From Okeania sp. (GTDB lineage: Bacteria > Cyanobacteriota > Cyanobacteriia > Cyanobacteriales > Microcoleaceae), in the NCBI RefSeq assembly GCF_035285525.1, contig NZ_JAYKGW010000090.1:36087-68086 (forward strand): a DNA stretch of 32,000 nucleotides, read 5' to 3'. The notes under the pieces are model-generated. The model was not told the DNA's origin. It made no database searches and was given only the letters and a program-made list of their open reading frames with translations. Numbering within the stretch: the first letter of the stretch is position 1; each line of letters opens with the position of its first letter. Shown piece by piece: positions 24,901-32,000 of the stretch. A program made the position numbers and the translations under genes.

Positions 24901-25856
24901 ACAAGAGTATATTCTGAGTCTTTGAGATTACCTGAAGGATTTAAGTCATTGCCACCAGCACTAAAAATACCGTAGATTCTGCCATCTGTGGGGTGGGTTA
25001 CTAAATGGTTTAATCCTACCTCTCCCCCTAAGTTGACAATCCTCAGAGTATGGGGAGACTTACTCAAGTCTCCACTCAGGGCAGTAATTTCACCAGGGTT
25101 AACAGCAGAAATAAAGGCATCGTAAGTACCTGGAGCGCTTTCAAAATAGACAGAATTAGTGCCACCACCCAAGTCTATAATATCCTGGTAAATAGACGAA
25201 CCTTCTGGCAGTAAAAACAACTCACCTCCATGAATATTTTTCTTAAGATAGGGATTTTTCCAACGCAAAGCATCAGTAAGAGTAATATTTGCTTCTGTTT
25301 CATTGGTGTGTAGCTGTAGGGTATCATTTCCCGAACCTAAAATATAAGGCGCTCCTCTATTATACCCAATCGGAACCTTCAGCCGATCGGGACCTTGGGT
25401 TCCAGTTAAAACCCCCACTGGTAGGTCAATAGCATAAACATCTGGGGGTGAACCGCCTAAGAAAAGATCGGGTTGGCGATCGCCAACATCACCTAAACTG
25501 GTAAAGTCCATCTTTATTCCTTCGGTGCTTGCTTGCAGCTCATCGGAAAGAATAATTCTTTCTATGTTGTCAAGTTTAGTGTTATTATTCTTGTTATCAA
25601 CTTTGAGATTATAAGATACATCTGTTCGATCTAATGATATGTCTGTGCCATTGAAATTTTTTCCATTATACACATCTGAGTCTAAGATAAATACATCTCC
25701 AGCACTTGCAGTAAATTCACTGATAGGGTTGTCAAAAGGATCTTTGTAAGTTCTGGGCTTTACTTGGTTGCTCTCGTCTCCCCCATCAACAATATCATTA
25801 CCAAGACTCAGTTGACCAGCATCAGGACTATCAGGACAACAAGTCAGGTAGTGCAA
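21942..25856 (-). CDS. Large RTX-type (hemolysin-type calcium-binding repeat) protein, probably 5'-truncated
   Basis: GGxGxD nonapeptide runs occur at about 22860-23200 (GGDDQIWGNAGEDIMSGGEGADTMFGGTGND, GGDGQDIISGGVGDDEVDGGTGNDSLEGGDGKD) and 22265-22420 (GKGGNDKLLGKNGNDTLLGGKGKDKLNGGKGEDILTGGKGRD). The N-terminal ~850 aa are unassigned. The annotated start is a TTG one codon after a stop, with no SD, and it abuts an opposite-strand gene fragment. Confidence 0.7.
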   Translation of the reverse strand: MHYLTCCPDSPDAGQLSLGNDIVDGGDESNQVKPRTYKDPFDNPISEFTASAGDVFILDSDVYNGKNFNGTDISLDRTDVSYNLKVDNKNNNTKLDNIERIILSDELQASTEGIKMDFTSLGDVGDRQPDLFLGGSPPDVYAIDLPVGVLTGTQGPDRLKVPIGYNRGAPYILGSGNDTLQLHTNETEANITLTDALRWKNPYLKKNIHGGELFLLPEGSSIYQDIIDLGGGTNSVYFESAPGTYDAFISAVNPGEITALSGDLSKSPHTLRIVNLGGEVGLNHLVTHPTDGRIYGIFSAGGNDLNPSGNLKDSEYTLVLETQALERKIGVSDLSEVEVEIDDSNFIKYYDPRESRSGPFFTLDRIDADLKSLIIASADLAGSSARKEVGSDERYSLQSPSKQTFTIGWSLVENILIRGRQPNQDDAYRKVILKDNIRSALTLGIDDDIFDEVVFESTKVLDGTHWFALGKVNRVDFSSLKDAFDNTELPGGVGGVYSSYIPEVIFTDKADTILNAEYANISSDFNFTKNDLQKVKPFTSQPLESNFPKTSYAQYVPMVSYHLGEGDDKLVADANTYNFIYSGGGNNTIISPGENVFIMSASTSTTGEPVAFDGFTSPFLSDVVVYTEGSSQDYAIRASETYENAVEVTKPDGTVDLLFGIGLIKFETEDVNSILVPDSVYNKSKKANEPILDPFGNDQRSRLFYSEAITTDGQTAQIQLDNEWAVDRVDLAEGNIRQPGQTPARWDYDLPSGLKEFSLPKEFLLQNFSDPDIEVKNLYTLDDLVISNLEVTQDGKTITVNSAKDAWKVKLPKTVTATSATIDVTYTIAEPEGYSHLTHLVLNPTNITDIEELETIFGVAQNSKKLVDTSQDNHLVGQDEADVIRSLDGDDAVYAKGGDDQIWGNAGEDIMSGGEGADTMFGGTGNDFILGDFQLKSTSGNQADVISGGDGQDIISGGVGDDEVDGGTGNDSLEGGDGKDTLEGGGDADILNGGDGDDLYILQAKNASGSQIIDTGGKDRLELEDVDLSEGGLAKGKTGFLRQGTDLVIDIDGNGKIATIKQNIDKELMELFSGESSQLLEEKNGKIVITKELTINNFFDEKGNKGEGFIETVDNLTGQEIIDSLNNPNQGIIKNGNNRRNTLRGSNLDDVLDGKGGNDKLLGKNGNDTLLGGKGKDKLNGGKGEDILTGGKGRDSFIFADFKKTETDEITDFILGEDKLILDKSAFKVIKSLQGNSFSRKREFAVVDDAAEVASSKAFIVYNDESGELFYNSNGNKAGLGNGGLFVKLEGAPDIGVTDFRIQL

Positions 25857-25858
25857 AT

Positions 25859-26278
25859 ATCACAGTAGAAGCAACATCCAACGGTCAAACCGTTACTGAT
25901 ACTTTCACTGTCTCTGTAACTGCTAAACCTGACTTGGTAGTACAAAGTACATCAGTTCCATCTTTTGCAAGAGCAGGTAGCTCTATAAGTATCAGTGGCT
26001 ATGTAAAAAACATAGGTAGTAGTAGCGCAGGTAGTAGCTATGTCAAATATTATCTGTCTGATGACACAACCTTAAGTTCCTCTGACACATACTTAGGTTC
26101 AGATTATGTTACTAGCCTCGGCTCAGGTCAGTCTAGCTATGAGTATGAATCATTAACTATACCGTCAACCACAAGCCGTGGAACGAAATATGTGTTGTTG
26201 GCGGCTGATGCTAACAACACGGTGGCAGAAAGTAATGAAAACAATAATGTTGCTCATGGTTCAATTTACATCTATTAA
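25859..26278 (+). pseudogene. 5'-truncated C-terminal fragment of a surface protein: end of an Ig-like domain plus one CARDB domain
   Basis: The frame reads ITVEATSNGQTVTDTFTVSVTAKPDLVVQSTSVP...NIGSSSAG...YYLSDDTTLSSSD..LG...NNTVAESNENNN, which is the CARDB pattern. No ATG or GTG occurs in this frame before a TTG at 25934. Upstream, the frame runs into the antisense of the RTX-type gene. Confidence 0.65.
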
Positions 26279-26529
26279 TTTCAGGTAAGCTTGATTCACT
26301 GATCGTTCTCCTCAACAACAAACATTAATACCAAAGAGCGATCGCTTCCCATCTCTCAGAAGGCGATCGCTCTTCCATTAGTTTTTTTTATTGTTGACAG
26401 ATTGACCAATTTGTGATATAGATTTCTATCATTATCCCACTTTTGAAATCAAAAATTATGCACTTTTTTGTGGTGAAAAACTATGCAATTTTTTGATAAA
26501 AAAATCATGTAATCCTGGCTAAATAATTT

Positions 26530-26632
26530 AGGACTTACACGGGAGGAACCCGGTTTCTCCCAGAAACCGGGTTTCTGGGTTCAGTTCAAAGGACGATATT
26601 TTGTTGAGAAACCAAGTTTCTGCGTAAGTCCT
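26530..26632. repeat. MITE-like element (~103 bp) with aggacttacac / gcgtaagtcct termini enclosing a P-type palindrome (26546-26575)
   Basis: aggacttacacgggaggaacccggtttctcccagaaaccgggtttctggg...gagaaaccaagtttctgcgtaagtcct. Confidence 0.7.
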
Positions 26633-26814
26633 GTAATTAATAGAAATGATTTCCCACGGAAAAAAAATTGCAAATATTTACAAACAGGTTGCTTTTCTGG
26701 ATAGAGGTGTTACCATAAATCCTGTAATGCAAAAAAAATACTTGTTAGAACAGGGAAAAGAAGAATGTTCTAAGGTATTTGCCTAGCGCTTAGATGACGG
26801 CTAGTTAGAAAATC

Positions 26815-26898
26815 AGGACTTACCCATGAGGAAGGAAATTTCAAGGCTTTCGCTCCTGGTGAGTAATGACAGAAATACGTTGCGTGTGTGTAAGTCCT
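26815..26898. repeat. MITE-like element (~84 bp) with aggacttac / gtaagtcct termini
   Basis: The termini are at 26815-26823 and 26890-26898. It lies immediately upstream of, or overlapping, candidate starts of the giant gene. Confidence 0.55.
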
Positions 26899-26922
26899 AA
26901 AAATATTAAATTATTTGGAACA

Positions 26923-29900
26923 ATGAGCATGCTAGAACCAGATTCAGGATATATTTTCCCACTTCCACCGGAACAGGAACTACAAAATTTGGGGGAAATA
27001 CCCATCGTTGGTGTCGAACCGAATGGGGAAAACCTCTCGCCTTTGTTGGAGGAACCTATTGATTCACCTTTAGTAACTTCAGTTGATGTTGATATAGTTA
27101 GGGAAGAGTCAACTGTCAATGAGAATACCGATATTCTTACGGGTGTAACAGAAGAGGACTCTAATATTTCTTCGATTCAAGTTAGGAAGACCACTAAGAC
27201 AGACCCAGGGAATAATGCTAAAAATGCCCTTAACTTGGGCAAAGTGGGAGATAAACCAATAAAAAATAATGACGATATTGGTTTTAACTCTGGTGGGACT
27301 AAGGACAAAAATGACTACTACAAATTTACTCTCACAGGGAAAGAAAACGAGGTTAGTGTAGTAGTTGATGGTCTCAAGGATGATGCGAACTTACAATTAC
27401 TGGATACAAATGGTAAGGATGTTTTGTCTAAGTCTACACAAAAAGGTAAGAAGACAGAGACTATTGATACGGAGTTGGATAAAGGTACTTATTATTTGCG
27501 AGTTTACCCTCAAGGTAGTGCTAAAACTAAGTATGGCCTCAGTGTTAGTGCGGAGGAAATACTCCAAGACCCTGATAGCAAACCCAGTGGGGCGACTAAT
27601 TTAGGTCCATTGGGTAAGAAGAAAAAGAAAGTCAACGACGAGATAGGTTTTAGGCAAAATGGTACTAGGGATAATAGCGATTTTTATCAATTTAGTTTAA
27701 CTGAAGATTTCAATAACCTAAATATTGTCTTGGATGGTCTGAAAGATAATGCTAATATCAATCTGTTTGATGAAAGTCAAGATATTATCGACCGGTCTCG
27801 GGCAAAAGGCAAGAGTAAGGAAATAATTGACGAGGTATTAGAACCGGGTACTTATTTCTTGGAGGTGGAACCCCAGGGAAGTGCTAAGACTAAATATCAG
27901 TTGAGCTTTGATTCCAATAAAATTGATGACCCCGATGGCAATCGAAATCGGGCACAAGAGATAAAAGTTGGTAAAAAACCAGAGAAAATTAGGGATGAAG
28001 TAGGGTTTGAGGTTGGAGGCCAACGAGACCAAAAAGATTACTATCAGTTTACTTTGAACAAGGATAGCGAGGTTAATCTGAGTCTGGACGGTCTGAAGCA
28101 AAATTTGGATTTCCAACTGTTAGGTGATAAGGGCAATCTGCTTTACAGTTCTACTAATAAAAGTACAGATTCTGGAGTAATTGAAACTATTTTAGATAAG
28201 GGCGAATATTATGTTTTGGTTAAACCTGTGGGTAGCGATCGCTCGGAATATACTCTTTCTCTAGTTGCGGATAGTGATATTGAAGACCCGGACGCTAAGT
28301 TACCAGGAAATAATCTGGGTAAACTCAAAGCAGAACCTATTACGAAAAGAGACAAGATTGGTTTTAAGGAAAAGGGTTTTATCGATCAGAGCGACTTTTG
28401 GGGATTTGAGTTAACTCAGGAAACTGACTTAGATATTAGTTTAGATAGGTTGACTCAAAATGCTGATTTAGAACTATATGATGAAGATGGGACTACCCTA
28501 ATTTATAGTTCTAAAGAAAAGGGCAAAGCTAAAGAACTAATTAGTACCATTTTGGATAAGGGTACTTATTATATCAAAGTTAAACCCAATAGTGGCAGTC
28601 GGACTAACTATGAATTAAGTTTGACTGGTAATACTAAAATTGCTGAAAAAGATGATGCTTTGCCAGGAACACCTTTGGGAGAGTTGGGAGAAAAACCAGT
28701 TACTAAGAAAGATAAGGTAGGTTTTAAACCTTCTGGTAATGTCCGGGATTTTGCAGATTTTTACAATTTCAGTTTGGCTGAACAAAGCGGAGTTAATATT
28801 ACTCTAGATGGTTTGAGTGGCAATGCTACCTTAAGTTTGCTGAGAACTGACGGCCGAGAAATTGAAGTTTCTGACAATAAAGGTAGTAAAGATGAAGCTA
28901 TTAACGAAGTTTTAAGTGCTGGAAATTATTACATTGGAGTTAAAGCGGAAGGTAATGCTAAGACTAAATATGATTTGGGAGTAACTGCTAATGTCCTGAA
29001 GGATGACATTAATAGTCGCAAGAATGCCAAAGAATTAGGTAATCTCAATTCCCAAGACCAGGTGACGGAAAAAGACCGGATAGGTTTTTCCCAAGGTGGT
29101 CTTCGAGATCAAGTAGATTACTACAGTTTTAATCTGACTGAAGCGAGCGATGTGATTTTGACTTTGGACGGTTTGGATCAAGATGCGAATTTGTTATTGC
29201 TGGATGAAAATGACCAAATAGCTCAGTCTATTCTTAAAGGTATTAAAGCTGAAAAAATTGAGAAGAAGTTAAAAAAAGGAACTTATTATGCAGCTATTGT
29301 CCCGGTTGGTGGCGCTAAAACTGATTACCAATTAAGTTTAGACGCTATACAGAAAACTGTAGATTTGTCAAGTTTGAAATTTAACGTCCTGGATGCCCAA
29401 GATGGATTGAAGGCCGGGGAAAAGGTCAAGGTTAATTATCAAGTCAATAATATCGGTAACACTAAAGCTGATACTTTTAACGTTGGGTTCTATTTGTCCA
29501 CAGATGAGGGCATAGACACCGGGGACTTCCTTTTGGATACTGTGGAGATTAAGTCCCTTTCCGGTGGCCAGAATACTAAAAAATTGGCCAAGCAATTGAC
29601 TCTGCCTGATGGTGGGGACAAGTTCTGGCAGGATGCTGGGGACTATTATTTGGGCGTAATAGTCGATAGCGACAATGCGATCGCGGAAGATAACGAACTG
29701 AATAATACTAGCAGTCAGAGCGTTGGTGTTGAGATTTCTAGCGATTTGAAGTTGAGCGGTTTTGATGTGCAACAGGAAACCGTTAACCCTGGGCAAAAGT
29801 TTGATGCTAAGGTAACGGTTGAAAATATTGGTGGTAAAATTAATGATTTCCAAATAGGGTATTATCTGTCTTTGGATAATGAAATTACTACCAGCGATAC

Positions 29901-32000
29901 CTTGATTGGTTCTGAGGAAATCGCATCTTTGGGAAGTAACGCAACTACTACCATCAGCAAGCAGTTTACTTTACCAGAGAATAGCATTAATGGTCAGAAA
30001 AAATACTTTGTGGGAGCGATCGCTGATTACCAAGATGCTTTTGTGGAAGTAAACGAAACTAATAATATTAGTCAAGAAAGAGTTTCTCTGAGTCCGGTGC
30101 CAGAAGATAATGCAGGTGACACATTCAAGAAAGCTCGAAATGTTGGTGTTGTTGGCGATACAACTCAGAAGTTTTCTGACTGGGTGGGTAATTTCTATGG
30201 AGTTTCCGAAGATACCAGTGATTATTACCAGATAGAAATTGATGGCAGAAGCAATCTCAACCTGACTCTTGATGGTTTAGATATCAACGCTAACCTATAT
30301 TTGTACAACAGCGAGGAACGGTTAGAAGAACAATCTGTTAATACGGAAAATAAAAAAGAAGAAATTTCTCGTAAATTATTACCAGGCACTTATTACGTTG
30401 AAGTTAGAGACAATGACACTGGCAATACAACCTATAACTTAGAAATGTCAGCATCACCACTAGAATACCCAGTGCCACAAATTGCTGGTTGGAACGGGGA
30501 TACTGCTCTAGATATTGGTGCAGTTGGAACGACTCCTATCAAGAAAACTGAGTATGTGGGCAACCTCCACGGGTTTAAAGATGACCTGAATGATTTCTAC
30601 AAGTTCCAAGTAGAAGGTGACAGCACTATTCAAATTGATTTGACAGGTTTGATAGGAAATGCCGATCTATATCTTTATGACACGGAAAGTAGTGGTAGTA
30701 TTGCCAGATCGGAGACACTGCAAAAAGTTGATGAAAGTATTGTCAAGAATTTAACTCCAGGAACTTATTTTCTTGAAGTTCAAAGTGTTAACGATGCTAA
30801 AACCACCTACGACTTGCAGGTAGTAGGAACGCCATTACCAAACAATGGTGCTGGAGGAAATCCTGATCGAGCCTTGGATTTAGGAACTCTGACTACACCC
30901 AAGACTGTCAATGACTGGGTAGGAAATATTGATGACAAAGATTATTACAAATTTAACGTCAGTGAAAACAGCACAGTTGAGATAGAGCTGACAGGAATGA
31001 GCGATGATGCTAATCTGGAATTATTCAACAATAAGAAAAAGTCACTCGCGTCTTCTTCCCAAACTGACAATAAAGATGATGGAATTATTACCAATTTATC
31101 TCCTGGTGACTATTTCTTAGAAGTGGATAATTATTATGGTAGTGTAGGTACTCCTTACAACTTACAACTAACAACTACTTCCCGGACAACGGATATAGCT
31201 GGTAACAATTTTGATGCAGCATTTGACCTGGGTGCATTGGGAACCGTAAACCAGACCGAGTGGGTAGGCACTTTTGACGACAGCGACTATTACAAGTTTA
31301 CCATTGCTGGAGATAGCGCCGTTAAACTAGGTCTGACAGGGATGAATGGTAATGCTAATATCACCCTTTACGACAATGAGAAAGAGCGGATTACGAGTTC
31401 TAGTAATTCTGGTAATGCTGATGAACTGATAGATCGTAACTTAGAACCTGGAGATTACTTCCTCAAAGTTGATTTCTCTGGTAGTGGTGCAGATTATAAT
31501 CTCACTGCATCCGCAACTCCAATTGTTGACGCAGGCGGAAATACTAAAGAAACAGCAGGGGATATGGGTGATATTAGTGCGACGAAAACTTTTAGTAACT
31601 GGGTAGGTAACGTCGATCAGAGCGATTGGTTTAAATTTACTATTACTGGAGATAGCGCTGTTAACCTAGGACTAACAGGAATGACTGCCAATGGAAATTT
31701 GTACTTGTATGATGAGACCAAAGAAAACTCAATTGCCAGTTCCACTAAATCTAGTGATACTGATGAAGTTCTAGCAGTGAACCTAAACCCCGGTACTTAC
31801 TACGTCCAAGTTTATGGCGAAAGTGGTAACACAAACTACAGCTTAAGTGCCACAGCAACTGCAATTCCTGACGCTGGCGGAAATACTAAAGAAACAGCAG
31901 GGGATATGGGTGATATTAGTGCGACGAAAACCTTTAGTAACTGGGTAGGTGGGATTGATAATAGTGATTGGTTTACATTTACTATCGCCGGAGATAGCGC
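26923..32000 (+). CDS. Giant repetitive surface/adhesin-like protein (more than 1690 aa, 3' end beyond the window): 6 type-A PPC-like repeats, 2 CARDB domains, at least 6 type-B PPC-like repeats
   Basis: It is missing from the ORF track because no stop occurs before the window end. I translated the frame starting at 27121 through 30600 (each 60-nt line begins on a codon boundary) and read the rest to 32000 by eye. I found no stop after the TGA at 26860. Type-A units (~27190-29345) share IGFxxGGxRDxxDYYxFxL...LDGLxxxAxLxLLD...GTYYxxVxPxGxAKTxYxLS. The CARDB domains (~29350-30100) contain NIGNTKAD...YLSTDEGIDTGD. Type-B units (30110 onward) share WVGNxDxxDYYKF...LTGMxxxANLxLY...PGxYxxxV...YNL. 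The start is uncertain (ATG at 26866, 26923 or 26929). Confidence 0.85.
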   Translation, partial: MSMLEPDSGYIFPLPPEQELQNLGEIPIVGVEPNGENLSPLLEEPIDSPLVTSVDVDIVREESTVNENTDILTGVTEEDSNISSIQVRKTTKTDPGNNAKNALNLGKVGDKPIKNNDDIGFNSGGTKDKNDYYKFTLTGKENEVSVVVDGLKDDANLQLLDTNGKDVLSKSTQKGKKTETIDTELDKGTYYLRVYPQGSAKTKYGLSVSAEEILQDPDSKPSGATNLGPLGKKKKKVNDEIGFRQNGTRDNSDFYQFSLTEDFNNLNIVLDGLKDNANINLFDESQDIIDRSRAKGKSKEIIDEVLEPGTYFLEVEPQGSAKTKYQLSFDSNKIDDPDGNRNRAQEIKVGKKPEKIRDEVGFEVGGQRDQKDYYQFTLNKDSEVNLSLDGLKQNLDFQLLGDKGNLLYSSTNKSTDSGVIETILDKGEYYVLVKPVGSDRSEYTLSLVADSDIEDPDAKLPGNNLGKLKAEPITKRDKIGFKEKGFIDQSDFWGFELTQETDLDISLDRLTQNADLELYDEDGTTLIYSSKEKGKAKELISTILDKGTYYIKVKPNSGSRTNYELSLTGNTKIAEKDDALPGTPLGELGEKPVTKKDKVGFKPSGNVRDFADFYNFSLAEQSGVNITLDGLSGNATLSLLRTDGREIEVSDNKGSKDEAINEVLSAGNYYIGVKAEGNAKTKYDLGVTANVLKDDINSRKNAKELGNLNSQDQVTEKDRIGFSQGGLRDQVDYYSFNLTEASDVILTLDGLDQDANLLLLDENDQIAQSILKGIKAEKIEKKLKKGTYYAAIVPVGGAKTDYQLSLDAIQKTVDLSSLKFNVLDAQDGLKAGEKVKVNYQVNNIGNTKADTFNVGFYLSTDEGIDTGDFLLDTVEIKSLSGGQNTKKLAKQLTLPDGGDKFWQDAGDYYLGVIVDSDNAIAEDNELNNTSSQSVGVEISSDLKLSGFDVQQETVNPGQKFDAKVTVENIGGKINDFQIGYYLSLDNEITTSDTLIGSEEIASLGSNATTTISKQFTLPENSINGQKKYFVGAIADYQDAFVEVNETNNISQERVSLSPVPEDNAGDTFKKARNVGVVGDTTQKFSDWVGNFYGVSEDTSDYYQIEIDGRSNLNLTLDGLDINANLYLYNSEERLEEQSVNTENKKEEISRKLLPGTYYVEVRDNDTGNTTYNLEMSASPLEYPVPQIAGWNGDTALDIGAVGTTPIKKTEYVGNLHGFKDDLNDFYKFQVEGDSTIQIDLTGLIGNADLYLYDTESSGSIARSETLQKVDESIVKNLTPGTYFLEVQSVNDAKTTYDLQVVGTPLPNNGAGGNPDRALDLGTLTTPKTVNDWVGNIDDKDYYKFNVSENSTVEIELTGMSDDANLELFNNKKKSLASSSQTDNKDDGIITNLSPGDYFLEVDNYYGSVGTPYNLQLTTTSRTTDIAGNNFDAAFDLGALGTVNQTEWVGTFDDSDYYKFTIAGDSAVKLGLTGMNGNANITLYDNEKERITSSSNSGNADELIDRNLEPGDYFLKVDFSGSGADYNLTASATPIVDAGGNTKETAGDMGDISATKTFSNWVGNVDQSDWFKFTITGDSAVNLGLTGMTANGNLYLYDETKENSIASSTKSSDTDEVLAVNLNPGTYYVQVYGESGNTNYSLSATATAIPDAGGNTKETAGDMGDISATKTFSNWVGGIDNSDWFTFTIAGDS

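Noticed and set aside
21942-25856. The RTX-type protein as the full-length parent toxin of the downstream A-type orphan modules
   Set aside because: Its C-terminus (…GLFVKLEGAPDIGVTDFRIQL) shows no similarity to the conserved A-module handle GPIPDETPNNLEEQLLLE. A strong terminator also separates it from the array.
26841-29853. Track ORFs 26841..27119(-), 27365..27604(+), 27838..28116(-) and 29368..29853(-)
   Set aside because: All lie within the long uninterrupted plus-strand frame of the giant repeat protein. They are shadow ORFs.

Overview
AT-rich cyanobacterial chromosome segment. It looks like a filamentous Nostocales-type genome: the HIP1 octamer GCGATCGC occurs more than 20 times, there are heptamer STRR-like repeats, and several MITE-like repeat families are present. 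This taxonomic call is an inference. Positions 1-16.9 kb are mostly ordinary genes: sdhA (partial), a patatin-like phospholipase convergent with a GDSL lipase, an LpxB-related glycosyltransferase-like gene, an ankyrin-repeat protein, a CHASE hybrid histidine kinase, a decayed ATPase plus partner pair, a three-gene bufferin-type RiPP cluster (DUF2282 precursor, DUF692/MNIO, DUF2063), and a CruA-like flavoprotein. Positions 16.9-21.9 kb are the most unusual part. Five direct copies of an ~80-bp structured element (HIP1 plus a 2x15-nt palindrome) lie 904-964 bp apart and delimit small gene modules. These modules are two diverged copies and one 12-codon remnant of an uncharacterised two-gene unit (102 aa plus 150 aa), a DUF4058 nuclease-fold gene, and an oppositely oriented UPF0175/DUF3368 toxin-antitoxin pair. 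A decayed IS with perfect 18-bp inverted repeats has inserted at one edge. Positions 21.9-32 kb hold giant surface-protein genes. One is a 1304-aa RTX-type protein whose 5' end abuts a 5'-truncated CARDB fragment on the other strand, which looks like a rearrangement scar. The other is an open-ended gene of more than 1690 aa built from at least 12 PPC-type repeats and 2 CARDB domains; it is absent from the ORF track because it runs off the window. I saw no rRNA, tRNA or CRISPR array. All family calls come from motif recognition by eye, and no searches were run.
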